From an uncultured Planctomycetales bacterium (GTDB taxonomy: Bacteria > Omnitrophota > Gorgyraeia > Gygaellales > Profunditerraquicolaceae), in NCBI GenBank assembly GCA_964413025.1, contig CAYPRG010000003.1, positions 1,027 through 65,026 of the forward strand: a stretch of DNA of 64,000 bases, in the 5' to 3' direction. Under the pieces are notes generated by a model. The model saw only the letters and a list, made by a program, of their open reading frames with translations, made no database searches and was not told the origin of the DNA. Position numbers and translations under genes: made by a program. Every line of letters begins with the position of its first letter. Position 1 is the first letter of the stretch. This document shows positions 44,457 through 53,823 of this stretch, one piece after another.

Positions 44457-45635
44457 TTAGAATATTGAGCTATGTTTGGTAAAAAATGTTTTTAAAAATT
44501 GTCTGTACTCATCGCAAAGTTTATCTTGATAATTCTTATCAATTTTGACGACCTTACCGGCTATTCCCTGACAATAACCGCATTCGCCGCATGAAACATG
44601 TTTACAGTCATGGGTCAAGAAAAAATCCAGGAACCCGTCAAGTTCCCTATTATCAATAAAAACCTGCATCTTACCCAGCAACTTTCTTAATTTCGGAATA
44701 TTTAATATATTTATCTGGAAAGGACGCAGGGAATATTTCATTTTTAACAAAATATTCGGTAAATTGACGAGAGAAAGTCCTCCCAGATTGGGAAAAAGGT
44801 CAATAAGGTTACCGTCATATTTACCGTTTAAATAAGCTTGGATTATTCTCGTTAACTCCATACTGGCCAACCTTCTATCTACAATCTTTATGGAATCTAT
44901 GCCTAATCCTTCGTATAAATGGACATCTTCAGGCCTTATCCAGGGAGAACTGATCAATAAAGCTGGATCGGATAATTTCATATATCTGCAAGTCAAATAA
45001 CAATAATCGAAGATAAAATTGCCATCAGAATTCCTTGTCTGAGAAGCATGCGAAGAAAAAAGCTCATGGTACTCCTCTAAAGGACAATTATATAAACAAT
45101 GATTATTAGCCATCAACTGCAGCTCGCACTTCAGATGTTTCCGGATCTTTTTCAAGAGTTCAAAGTCGCGGTTAACTTTAGTATGCAGCAAAGTAATGGA
45201 CCTAACCCCCAGGGATTCCCAGAACTTAGCCTTTTCCAGGGAATCCACATGCGCCATTACCGAAACTTTAATTTTCAACCCAGGATAGCTCTTGGCGATT
45301 ATTTCAGCAAGGTAAGGCAGGGAAACAGTGACAGAATCTACGCCGATCTTTACCAGCCAATCCAATAACCGGAATATCTCCCTCCTGCCCCCTCTTGTGA
45401 ATTCCCTGCCAGCCAAACAGGAAGCGTTAAGCAGATAATTGAATTCGCAATTACCCTTATGTACACGCTGTAAATATTTAGCCGCATCAACCCTAGAGAC
45501 AACAGACAAAGAATACGCGCATCTTCCTCCCCCCACGAAATCTTCCGCCAGCTTTCCGTAGACTTCAAAAATTGCAGGCGATTCAAAAACAGCTAACAGG
45601 TCCTCCTGCCAATTTGTAGGAACAGAAAATTTCAT
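44457..45635 (-). CDS. U32-peptidase-family-like protein (tentative)
   Basis: The N-terminus MKFSVPTNWQEDLL...YGKL..DFVGGGR, FNYLLNASCL, a predicted TIM-barrel-like alternation, the Cys-rich segment NNHCLYNCPLEEYH and the C-terminal CKHVSCGECGYC all match my recollection of anaerobe U32-family proteins. This is not verified. Confidence 0.45.
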   Translation of the reverse strand: MKFSVPTNWQEDLLAVFESPAIFEVYGKLAEDFVGGGRCAYSLSVVSRVDAAKYLQRVHKGNCEFNYLLNASCLAGREFTRGGRREIFRLLDWLVKIGVDSVTVSLPYLAEIIAKSYPGLKIKVSVMAHVDSLEKAKFWESLGVRSITLLHTKVNRDFELLKKIRKHLKCELQLMANNHCLYNCPLEEYHELFSSHASQTRNSDGNFIFDYCYLTCRYMKLSDPALLISSPWIRPEDVHLYEGLGIDSIKIVDRRLASMELTRIIQAYLNGKYDGNLIDLFPNLGGLSLVNLPNILLKMKYSLRPFQINILNIPKLRKLLGKMQVFIDNRELDGFLDFFLTHDCKHVSCGECGYCQGIAGKVVKIDKNYQDKLCDEYRQFLKTFFTKHSSIF

Positions 45636-45643
45636 ATTATTAT

Positions 45644-47203
45644 TTAATCCTTTCTTGTATAAATCTCGAATATCTGCCCTATCCTGTTAAAAGTCCCCGT
45701 CTCAACGTAATGCTTGTTAAGATACCCCATAAATTTATAACCATCTTTTGATTTTATTAATGAAATAATATGGTGCGGTTCGAACGGGGTCCCAAAAATA
45801 GAAGCCAATCCTTCAGGTATACCCCCCCTTTTATGAATTAACACCATTTTGACATGATACTTCTCAAGCTCATTTATTGCGTCATCTACGGTAATGCCCC
45901 CGCGCAACACAGCTGCTTCGCTAATGCCGCTCATAAGAGGCGTACTTCTTCTTCGGGCATAAAAAAGAGTATCCCCATAATCCGCGACGACATAATCGCC
46001 TTTATCTGTATGCCCTTCAATGTACTCGGCGAAAATCCTAGTCCCGTCTTCTTTTATGGAAGACATGGCAATATTACGGATTAATCCCGGTATAAAAATT
46101 TTGGCTAAAGCAAAAACTATAATCGCAATCCCTAAAATTCTTATCAAGACCCGCTTATTCATAACCAGCGAAAAAACAAAAGACGCAAAGACTAAAACAA
46201 CGACAGGCATGAAATAAAGTAAATAGCGCCCGGTTTCAGAACTATAAGGGCTGAATAAAAGCCAAAAGATATTGAGGATATAAAAAACAAAGACCCTCTT
46301 CAGGCCATTATTAACATACAGGTATTTTATCATAAGAGGAATAGAAAAAATTATCAGCCAAGAATGTGCGCCTGGCTTGCTGTACTGCCAATTATTAACC
46401 ATAAAGAATTCTTTTATGTTGCTCACTATTGTGCTTAATAGATTTGGCATATAGAGCCTGGGCTGATCAAAATGATAAACCACTACACAAGTCAGGAATG
46501 ATGGAGACATGCGGTAAATAATAATTAAAATAACAGCTGCAACCGCGGAAAAACCACTTATAAACGGGACTAACGCCTGTGAAATAACCGAAGATTTTCT
46601 TTCTGTTACCGCCTGATAAATAATAAACAGCACCAGGGCAGCTAGGCCAAACACAGCAAAGAGCTTATACCCTAAAGATAGCGCATAAAATATACCCGAA
46701 AAAACAAAAAATAATTTACGCTTATCCTGCCAGGCTTTTATGAACAGAAAAAGGCCAAGCGTAGAGAAAAATACCGCATAGGCATCTGACCGGTAAAGCC
46801 TTGCCTGGAAATAGACTACGGGCAGAATTAGGTAAGACACTAACCCTGCCAACCCTACTCCATAACCGTAGATCCTTCTCCCTATCAAGAAAATCAGGTA
46901 TCCGGTCAGTAAGGTTGCTACCGCGGAAAACATCCTCGCCCATATAGCGAATGGGCCAAAAACCTTAAAAATAAGGTACCCAGTAAAAAGGAATAACGGC
47001 CCTTCCGGCACATAAAAATCCTTGTAAGGGATTTCCCCTTCAGTCATACGCCAGGCCTGGTACAGATAGTTACCTTCATCGTCGTGAATAAGCCAACCTG
47101 TAAGATTATAAACATACGGAATAAGAATAACAAGCAATATTAAAAAAACTAATAATCTACCGGCTTTTCCGCTACCCGAAGGAATAAACTTGTTTATTTC
47201 CAT
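45644..47203 (-). CDS. GT-C-fold membrane glycosyltransferase-like protein (ArnT/PMT_2-like), paralog of 47984-49522
   Basis: The first-loop motif is WLIHDDEGNYLYQAWRMTEGEIPYKDFYVPEGPLF. The protein is polytopic with a soluble C-terminal domain. Confidence 0.6.
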   Translation of the reverse strand: MEINKFIPSGSGKAGRLLVFLILLVILIPYVYNLTGWLIHDDEGNYLYQAWRMTEGEIPYKDFYVPEGPLFLFTGYLIFKVFGPFAIWARMFSAVATLLTGYLIFLIGRRIYGYGVGLAGLVSYLILPVVYFQARLYRSDAYAVFFSTLGLFLFIKAWQDKRKLFFVFSGIFYALSLGYKLFAVFGLAALVLFIIYQAVTERKSSVISQALVPFISGFSAVAAVILIIIYRMSPSFLTCVVVYHFDQPRLYMPNLLSTIVSNIKEFFMVNNWQYSKPGAHSWLIIFSIPLMIKYLYVNNGLKRVFVFYILNIFWLLFSPYSSETGRYLLYFMPVVVLVFASFVFSLVMNKRVLIRILGIAIIVFALAKIFIPGLIRNIAMSSIKEDGTRIFAEYIEGHTDKGDYVVADYGDTLFYARRRSTPLMSGISEAAVLRGGITVDDAINELEKYHVKMVLIHKRGGIPEGLASIFGTPFEPHHIISLIKSKDGYKFMGYLNKHYVETGTFNRIGQIFEIYTRKD

Positions 47204-47238
47204 TTTTATTTAAAATAATACTGATAGAGCATTCTCTT

Positions 47239-48003
47239 TCAAGTAAGCACAGTTCCGATTACAAAATGGGCCTGCTTAAACAAACACTTGCAAGATTTAT
47301 TAAAAAATAATTCAGTTATCTTCAGAAGAATAGCATCTTTTATCACTTTAGGAAACCGCGAAGAATTATATTTGCTTGAACCTTTTTCCCGGTCTGCCCA
47401 GGAAATCTTAACTTCTCCTATGGACATGCCTTGGAATTTAGCAAGGACCGGGACAAATCTGTGAAAACCGTCTGCTAAAAATACCTTTTTGTAGAAAGCT
47501 TTACTGTAGCCCCTGAAACTGCAACTGAAATCGTGCACTTTTAAATTAAACATACATACTCCAAAAAAATTAGCCATAATCGAGGGCATCCTCTTAGACA
47601 ATAAATATGGATTCTTGGTCTGCCTGCGGCTGCAGACAACATCTGCTCCCTGCTGAAGCACGCCTAAAAGCAAAACTATATCCTGGGGGTTACACTGAAG
47701 GTCTCCGTCAATGGTAACCGCAAAATCACCCGAGGCAGCATCAAAACCTGCGGCAAAAGCCGCACTCTGGCCGAAATTTCTGATAAATTTTATAACCATG
47801 ATTTTTTCGCCGGCAGTCTTTAGTCCATTCAACAGCTGATAAGTCTTGTCTGTGCTGCCATCATCGACAAATATTATTTCGTGGGATAAAGGCAGCCTAA
47901 CCAGGGAATCCTTAAGCTTTCTGTAAAATAACACCACATTTTCCTCTTCGTTAAACAAAGGCACGATCACGGAAAGCTTATTCTTATTTTCTGATATAGA
48001 CAT
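47239..48003 (-). CDS. GT2 glycosyltransferase, polyprenyl-phosphate glycosyltransferase-like (ArnC/DPM1/GtrB type)
   Basis: Motifs present are LSVIVPLFNEEENV, IFVDDGSTDKT, NFGQSAA and IDGDLQ. It is short (254 aa) and lacks the C-terminal TM pair seen in GtrB-like proteins. Confidence 0.75.
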   Translation of the reverse strand: MSISENKNKLSVIVPLFNEEENVVLFYRKLKDSLVRLPLSHEIIFVDDGSTDKTYQLLNGLKTAGEKIMVIKFIRNFGQSAAFAAGFDAASGDFAVTIDGDLQCNPQDIVLLLGVLQQGADVVCSRRQTKNPYLLSKRMPSIMANFFGVCMFNLKVHDFSCSFRGYSKAFYKKVFLADGFHRFVPVLAKFQGMSIGEVKISWADREKGSSKYNSSRFPKVIKDAILLKITELFFNKSCKCLFKQAHFVIGTVLT

Positions 48004-49522
48004 CGAATACCTGCCCGGTCCTTTTGAAATTGCCTATAAACCGATAGCGTTGGTTGAGATAAAACAAAAATTTATCGCCATCCGGAGAATTAATCAAAGT
48101 ATTGAAATGATCCGGCTCAAATAGGTTTCCCATGATAAACCCCAAATCAACGGGAATTTTGCCCTCCCTATGGATCAGCACCATTTTAACCCGGTATTTT
48201 TCAAATTCATCTATGAGCCTGCTACTGGTGATAGCGCCGCACTCAACTGTTGACTTGCTCATAGCGGCCATTAAAGGCGTAGTCTTTCTTTTTGCATAAA
48301 AAAGCACGTCCCCGTAATCAACTGCCACATAATCCCCACCAGAAGTATACCCCTTGACATATTCCGCAAGGGCCAACGAGCTGTTTTCCTTTATCCCGGA
48401 AAGCGCAAAATCTCTCAGCAATCCCGGTATAAATACCTTGAATAAAGAAAAAATCAGCACAAATAAAGCAAGCCCCCTGATGATTACCCTCCTGTTCCGG
48501 TCAAAAACATTAAAAGAAATTCCGGCAAAGACCAGCACAGTTGTGGGCAAAAAATAAAGGGAGTAGCGAAAGTTTGCCCCAGGATAAGGATTAAACAACA
48601 GAAAAACTATGCTCATAGCGTAAAAGGAGAATATTTTTCTCAAATCTTTTTTCAAGAACATGTATCTTATGAGTACCGGTAAAGAAAAAATTATAAGCCA
48701 CGGATGCTTGTCCCCTATGCCGTATTGCCGGGGAGCAATCATAAGCAAATCTTCCAGGTTGCCGATCACCGTTGTCAGCAAATTTGAAGCGGCTAAAAGA
48801 GGCTGATGCGCCTGGTGGCCTATTAAACATGCGAAAAACCCGGGAGCTATATTTGATAAAATAGCGACGACAACAAGTATTACCGTTACAAATCCCGATA
48901 TAAAAAATAAAAAACAATTCTTTATAACTGAGGCCTTCTTCTCTATAACCACCTGATAAAGTATAAATAACAGCATTGCGGTTGCGCCTAAGGCGCCGGA
49001 GAATTTATAACATATGGACAAAGCGTAAGAAATACCGGAATAAGCAAAAAATAACCTGCGATTATCCTGCCAGGCCTTTATAAACAGGAAAAGCCCCAAG
49101 GTAGAAAAGAATACCGCGTAAGCATCCGAACGGTAAAGCCGGGCCTGAAAAAAGACTACCGGCAGGATAAGATAGAAAATTGAAGCTAACAGCCCTACCG
49201 TATAATTATATACTCTCCGGCCTATCAGGAAAATCAGGTAACCGGTAAGGATAGTGATTAAAGCAGAGGACATCCTAGCCCAAAAGACCGCGGTGCCGAA
49301 AAGCTTAAAGATAAGGTACCCGGTAAAAAGAAAAAGAGGCTCTTTAGGAGTATAGAAATCCCTATAAGGCACTTCCCCTTCCGTCATCCGCCAGGCCTGA
49401 TAGAGATATCCTCCTTCGTCATCATGGATCAACCAGCCGGTAAGGTTATAAGAATACAGGAAGAAAATAACAATAAGCAGAAGCGCAACCGGCCAACCGC
49501 CAAATTTTTTATTTTTAACCAT
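47984..49522 (-). CDS. GT-C-fold membrane glycosyltransferase-like protein (ArnT/PMT_2-like), paralog of 45644-47203
   Basis: The first-loop motif is WLIHDDEGGYLYQAWRMTEGEVPYRDFYTPKEPLF. It shares the block RLYRSDAYAVFFSTLGLFLFIKAWQD with its paralog. Confidence 0.6.
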   Translation of the reverse strand: MVKNKKFGGWPVALLLIVIFFLYSYNLTGWLIHDDEGGYLYQAWRMTEGEVPYRDFYTPKEPLFLFTGYLIFKLFGTAVFWARMSSALITILTGYLIFLIGRRVYNYTVGLLASIFYLILPVVFFQARLYRSDAYAVFFSTLGLFLFIKAWQDNRRLFFAYSGISYALSICYKFSGALGATAMLLFILYQVVIEKKASVIKNCFLFFISGFVTVILVVVAILSNIAPGFFACLIGHQAHQPLLAASNLLTTVIGNLEDLLMIAPRQYGIGDKHPWLIIFSLPVLIRYMFLKKDLRKIFSFYAMSIVFLLFNPYPGANFRYSLYFLPTTVLVFAGISFNVFDRNRRVIIRGLALFVLIFSLFKVFIPGLLRDFALSGIKENSSLALAEYVKGYTSGGDYVAVDYGDVLFYAKRKTTPLMAAMSKSTVECGAITSSRLIDEFEKYRVKMVLIHREGKIPVDLGFIMGNLFEPDHFNTLINSPDGDKFLFYLNQRYRFIGNFKRTGQVFDVYIRK

Positions 49523-49549
49523 TATTCAAATAAATCCTTAAACAACCCG

Positions 49550-50425
49550 CTACAGCATGCTAAAATCAACTAATCCTATGTTCAAATTATGGATTGCCTC
49601 TTTCAACCTGGGAGAAAGCAATACCTCCAGCTCGCGCTCTCTGGCAGTATTGATATAATACCTTTGCTTATTTAAGGGCGCAGACTGCCATTCTTCATCG
49701 ATATATCCGGGATGGCAGAATATCTCCGTTGTGCCATCTTTCAAATATTCGAATAACCTTTCGCATTTATTTAAAGACATTCCATTTCTTTCCAACAGGC
49801 CAAAAGAATAATCGGCTGTCTTTATAGAATTAGCAGAATTAATTTTTTTCTTACTCCGTGAAAGGATTTGCAGCAGCGCTATCCTGCCTAATGCCGTGCT
49901 CGAGATTTGCCCTCCCCTTAATACAAATTCCAGCATATAGGGGTACTCATTTATATTCCTGATTGTATTAATCCCGTGCTTCTTCGCCAGCCTTACGATG
50001 ATTTCATAAACCCGGCTGATTAAATGGAGGTGTTTTTCACTATCTATGTGTGTTATCGGTATCCCTTTCTCCAGAGCTTTGTTTATTTGGGCCTCGCATT
50101 CTGTTTCTAATTCTAATAAACTTATCCTTTTTTCGTAGATATGTTTTATTATTTTAAAAATATCCTGCAGAAAAAATCCGTCTTTGCCGACCAGGGTCGC
50201 GGTTTTCTGGATAGGCAGCACTGGCGTACCCCTGAAAAAATTAAGATGCAGGCCAATGCCTAAGCCGGGATTCTCCCTTATCAAACTGGCCGCATCTTCA
50301 AAACCAGGCATATTGACCATTAAAGAAGCGCTGCTTAAAACCCCTTCTTTATATGCCCTTATTATCCCCCTGTTTATGCCTTTGCCTAGGCCAAAATCAT
50401 CGGCATTAATTATTATTTGTTTCAT
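49550..50425 (-). CDS. YdjC/ChbG/HpnK-family carbohydrate deacetylase
   Basis: The motif is MKQIIINADDFGLGKGINRGIIRAYKEGVLSSASLMVNMP. The ORF track start at 50461 is probably over-extended, and the Met at 50425 gives the canonical N-terminus. Confidence 0.8.
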   Translation of the reverse strand: MKQIIINADDFGLGKGINRGIIRAYKEGVLSSASLMVNMPGFEDAASLIRENPGLGIGLHLNFFRGTPVLPIQKTATLVGKDGFFLQDIFKIIKHIYEKRISLLELETECEAQINKALEKGIPITHIDSEKHLHLISRVYEIIVRLAKKHGINTIRNINEYPYMLEFVLRGGQISSTALGRIALLQILSRSKKKINSANSIKTADYSFGLLERNGMSLNKCERLFEYLKDGTTEIFCHPGYIDEEWQSAPLNKQRYYINTARERELEVLLSPRLKEAIHNLNIGLVDFSML

Positions 50426-50435
50426 AGTAATCCGA

Positions 50436-51443
50436 TTATAAAAAGTTATCAAAAAAATCAATAGCGCTGCACTGCCTGCATAACGGTATCTTATTGATAT
50501 CGCTCAGGGCCTGTTGACGGAACTCAGCATACCCACGGCTCCCCCATATCTGCCTGAAATCAGAGTTATCCATACTCCCAAATTTATGTTCGGCCTGCAT
50601 ATCAAAACAACAAGGGGTGACAGAATTATCGCAAAGCACTACCGTAGACACCCAGGGGCGAAAACATCTCTTTTTCCGGTAGCCGTCTTTATAAATCTTT
50701 CGGATGTACCTTGTATCTAAAGGCAAGAAGGCGGCATCAGGCTGCACCCCGGGAAAATCAACCCTCACTTTTTTTATCAACCCCTTATCGGCTTTCAACC
50801 GGCCCACCAGCGATTTGAACCGGCTGATTTCGTTTTCATTATCACGGGTGAGTAACAGCTGGACATTGATAAACGGCCGGTATCTCCTGCCCCTCTCCCT
50901 GATTATTGAAACGATATTATCAATAACATTTTCAAAAGTATCGCTTTTTTTATGCTTGAGATAAGCCTGGGGAGTCGCGCAATCTAAAGAAACAGTCAAT
51001 TCGTCCACCCCGCAATTAATGATACTCTCTATGTGCTTCTTGTCTTTAAAATCACCGTTAGTGTGAAGCCTGACAAATATCCTCTTCTTTTTGGCGTAGC
51101 TAATCATCTGATAAATCTGGTTGTTCAAAAGCGGCTCCCCTAAATTATACAAGACCAGATAGAACACGCTGCCTTCAAGCTGATCTATGATTTTAGCGAA
51201 CTCATCAAAAGCCATATCCCTCTTAGGACGGTTTAATTTTTCGTAACCGGTCAAACACAGCCTGCAATTTAAATTACACCTGTTAGTCGGCTCGACCTGA
51301 AGAAAAAACGGCAATCCCAAAATTTTATTTTTCCGGGTCAAACAAGAATACAGGATAAAAATAATATTAAGCAAACGCTTTTTATAAAATAAAGCTCCGG
51401 CCAATGCCAGGTATTTTGATATAGTAGCAAAAAAGCTCTTCAT
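50436..51443 (-). CDS. Radical SAM enzyme with a SPASM-type C-terminal domain
   Basis: PTNRCNLNCRLCLTG and LGEPLL are present. The C-terminal region reads CFRPWVSTVVLCDNSVTPCCFD ... IPLCRQCSA. Confidence 0.8.
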   Translation of the reverse strand: MKSFFATISKYLALAGALFYKKRLLNIIFILYSCLTRKNKILGLPFFLQVEPTNRCNLNCRLCLTGYEKLNRPKRDMAFDEFAKIIDQLEGSVFYLVLYNLGEPLLNNQIYQMISYAKKKRIFVRLHTNGDFKDKKHIESIINCGVDELTVSLDCATPQAYLKHKKSDTFENVIDNIVSIIRERGRRYRPFINVQLLLTRDNENEISRFKSLVGRLKADKGLIKKVRVDFPGVQPDAAFLPLDTRYIRKIYKDGYRKKRCFRPWVSTVVLCDNSVTPCCFDMQAEHKFGSMDNSDFRQIWGSRGYAEFRQQALSDINKIPLCRQCSAIDFFDNFL

Positions 51444-52192
51444 TTACTGCGCAACCTCCATAACCTCACCTTATCCGCGATATATCTTAAATAACCCTCC
51501 CGGTTTTCTTTATGAAAATTTACCAGGAGCGCTTTTGGCGCATTAAAACAGAAACTGGTAACGCAGGACGGTTGAGTACTTCTGTATGTGCTGAAAAAAC
51601 CGCGGCCTAGATTAATGCCGTTATCTTTCAGGTATTTTACCCTGGCGCCGGTAGAATCCTTGTATGCCCTCAACCTTCGCATTATAAACAGTAATTTACT
51701 CTTAGAAATTATTGTATTATCCTCGTAATAAAAAGGCGTTTTAAAATTCAACCCCTCTTCTTCGTAGATCTTTCTTATCGCTTTTATCACATCTTCATTC
51801 TGCGCCAATGACTCGCTGTCATAAAAATTACTGCCCTCTAACACAACCGGGATATTGTTCTTTTTGCAGAACTCGACCGTATACAAATGCATGGCTAACC
51901 TGCAGCCCAGGCACCAGGAACAGTAAAAATCATATTTGATATTATCGCGTATACAGGCACCGGCGTTTCCTTTTATTGAATATATGAAGTTCCTGATATC
52001 AATAATATTATGGGTAACTTTTTTCCCGCATAGATCCGCTACCTGCTTAGCCGCCCTCTTAGAGAAAAACACGTTAATCATCCCCGGCACTCTATAGGTA
52101 TTAAGTATCAGCTCGTCATAGAGCGGCGCCGATTTAACCGCAAGATAAGTAGAATCTATGCCGCCAGAAAATAACATGACTGCTTTGTTCAT
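51440..52192 (-). CDS. PP-loop ATP pyrophosphatase superfamily protein (second copy)
   Basis: Contains the MLFSGGIDSTY PP-loop and CSWCLGCRLAMH. It has 4-nt overlaps with both neighbouring genes. Confidence 0.7.
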   Translation of the reverse strand: MNKAVMLFSGGIDSTYLAVKSAPLYDELILNTYRVPGMINVFFSKRAAKQVADLCGKKVTHNIIDIRNFIYSIKGNAGACIRDNIKYDFYCSWCLGCRLAMHLYTVEFCKKNNIPVVLEGSNFYDSESLAQNEDVIKAIRKIYEEEGLNFKTPFYYEDNTIISKSKLLFIMRRLRAYKDSTGARVKYLKDNGINLGRGFFSTYRSTQPSCVTSFCFNAPKALLVNFHKENREGYLRYIADKVRLWRLRSK

Positions 52193-53823
52193 GTATTCCC
52201 CCTGCTAGAAAAACGTTTTAGAATTATGTAGCCTGTAAACACCCTTTCAATCTTGTAATTCTTCCGGATAAACTCGTCCAGGTCCTTTACCCCGCTAGCC
52301 TTGCTGCTTTCGTTCGGCTCATTTATCTCCTCTGAGGCTGTCCAGAGCACTACATACCGCGGCTTCTCTCTGTATAAATCCCCGATTATCTCCTGCTGGA
52401 TCCTTCTGGTATTTGTAAACCCCGGCTCAAAAACAAAATACCTGGTCGCGCTTTGGCGTTCAGCTAAAAAATAAAACATCACATCATTATTCACCAGCCT
52501 GTCATGCCTCAGGTTGCCGACGAAGATCTTTTCGTTCATGCCTGTCCTTTCACGGATGTATCTAACCGCTTCCATATGGGATTGCGCATATTCCGAAAAA
52601 TCATAGATTCCTTCTGCCCGGGGAACTAACGGCCCAGCTTCTCTTCTATGTTGCCCTTGCTCTCTTGAATTTATAAAATTATGTTTTAGATTCAAGAAAA
52701 TCAATAGAAAACAGGCAGAAAAAGAAACCCCCCAAAGTAATCCTTTATAAAGAGCCCCATATTTAAATTTACCAATAGATTTCATAAAATCTCCGTAAAA
52801 CAGGACAAATAAAATTATGGCCGGGACCATTGTTGCTAAAAGGTGCGGCATATCCGGCCTGCTAACGGTATAACCATATAAAAAAAACAAAGATAACAAC
52901 AAAAATACTTTTAACCAAAAGATTCTATCCTTATTTACCGCTTCAAAAGACACCAGCTTAAAAACTGTAATTAAAAAAACCAAAGCTGGCAGGTAAAAAA
53001 TGAAACTGCCCGCTTTAAAGCCGGGAAAGGGAAGAAAACGGTTCTTAAGCCATACTCCTGATAATATATAACTTTGCAATTCCATGGAGCCGCCGAAGCG
53101 GATAAAAAATATAAAAACAGGCAAAAATACCAGTAAAAAACCGCCGAATAAATAAAAACAGTCCTTCATTATTGAAATCAGCATCTCCTTATATGGCCCT
53201 TCCCGATATGGCCCTTCCCGGAGTTGGGTTATCCTCTTTAACAAAACGACTATAAAAAAAGAAGTCAGGCAAAAAAACTCAAAATCAATCCGAAATAGCC
53301 CTATCATCCCCGCAAATAAACCACCGATAAACAACCACTTTCTCTTCCCGCTGGATAAATAGCTTAACAGGGGAAAGAAGGAAAAAATATAAAACAAAAT
53401 AGCGTATTGCGCGGTACGGTTATAAACCATATATGATTTAAACAACACCATGGAAAGTAGATAGGCGAATATTGCAAAAATTCTTGCGCTGACTCTGGAA
53501 ACAAAAAGATATATTGCGCTGCTGGTTAAGGACAAGATAAATACCGCAAATAATACCGCTGTTTTCAGGCTTATGCCAAAAATCTTGAAAATAGCCGCTA
53601 ATACATAGAAGCGCCCCGGCATGTGGTATGTCCAGAAATCACGGCAAGGTAAAGCCCCATTCAAGACCTGAGTAGCTCCGTAAACCGACATTCCTTCGTC
53701 AAAATGGTAAGTCCGGAAATCAAAATATTGGCAGCCATACCAAAAATACAAAAAAGATACGGCTAACAAAAATATAAGCATAACCGGCTGGCTTAATTTC
53801 TTATTCTGCAGTATATTCATCAT
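52189..53823 (-). CDS. GT-C-fold membrane glycosyltransferase-like protein
   Basis: YHFDEGMSVYGATQVLNGALPCRDFWTYHMPGRF resembles the first-loop motif of 45644 and 47984. The protein is polytopic with a soluble C-terminus. Confidence 0.55.
   Translation of the reverse strand: MMNILQNKKLSQPVMLIFLLAVSFLYFWYGCQYFDFRTYHFDEGMSVYGATQVLNGALPCRDFWTYHMPGRFYVLAAIFKIFGISLKTAVLFAVFILSLTSSAIYLFVSRVSARIFAIFAYLLSMVLFKSYMVYNRTAQYAILFYIFSFFPLLSYLSSGKRKWLFIGGLFAGMIGLFRIDFEFFCLTSFFIVVLLKRITQLREGPYREGPYKEMLISIMKDCFYLFGGFLLVFLPVFIFFIRFGGSMELQSYILSGVWLKNRFLPFPGFKAGSFIFYLPALVFLITVFKLVSFEAVNKDRIFWLKVFLLLSLFFLYGYTVSRPDMPHLLATMVPAIILFVLFYGDFMKSIGKFKYGALYKGLLWGVSFSACFLLIFLNLKHNFINSREQGQHRREAGPLVPRAEGIYDFSEYAQSHMEAVRYIRERTGMNEKIFVGNLRHDRLVNNDVMFYFLAERQSATRYFVFEPGFTNTRRIQQEIIGDLYREKPRYVVLWTASEEINEPNESSKASGVKDLDEFIRKNYKIERVFTGYIILKRFSSRGNT
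53192..53221 (-). repeat. In-frame 15-bp tandem duplication (REGPY x2) in a cytoplasmic or loop segment
   Basis: On the plus strand tatggcccttcccga is followed directly by tatggcccttcccgg. The protein reads LREGPYREGPYKE. Confidence 0.85.

Noticed and set aside
47239-51443. Hopanoid side-chain (HpnI/HpnJ/HpnK-like) interpretation, because a GT2, a YdjC/HpnK-type deacetylase and rSAM enzymes co-occur.
   Set aside because: No squalene-hopene cyclase, HpnH-like adenosyl-hopene transferase or other hpn genes are visible. The rSAM next to the deacetylase is SPASM-type, not B12-type. The analogy is unsupported within this window, though not excluded.
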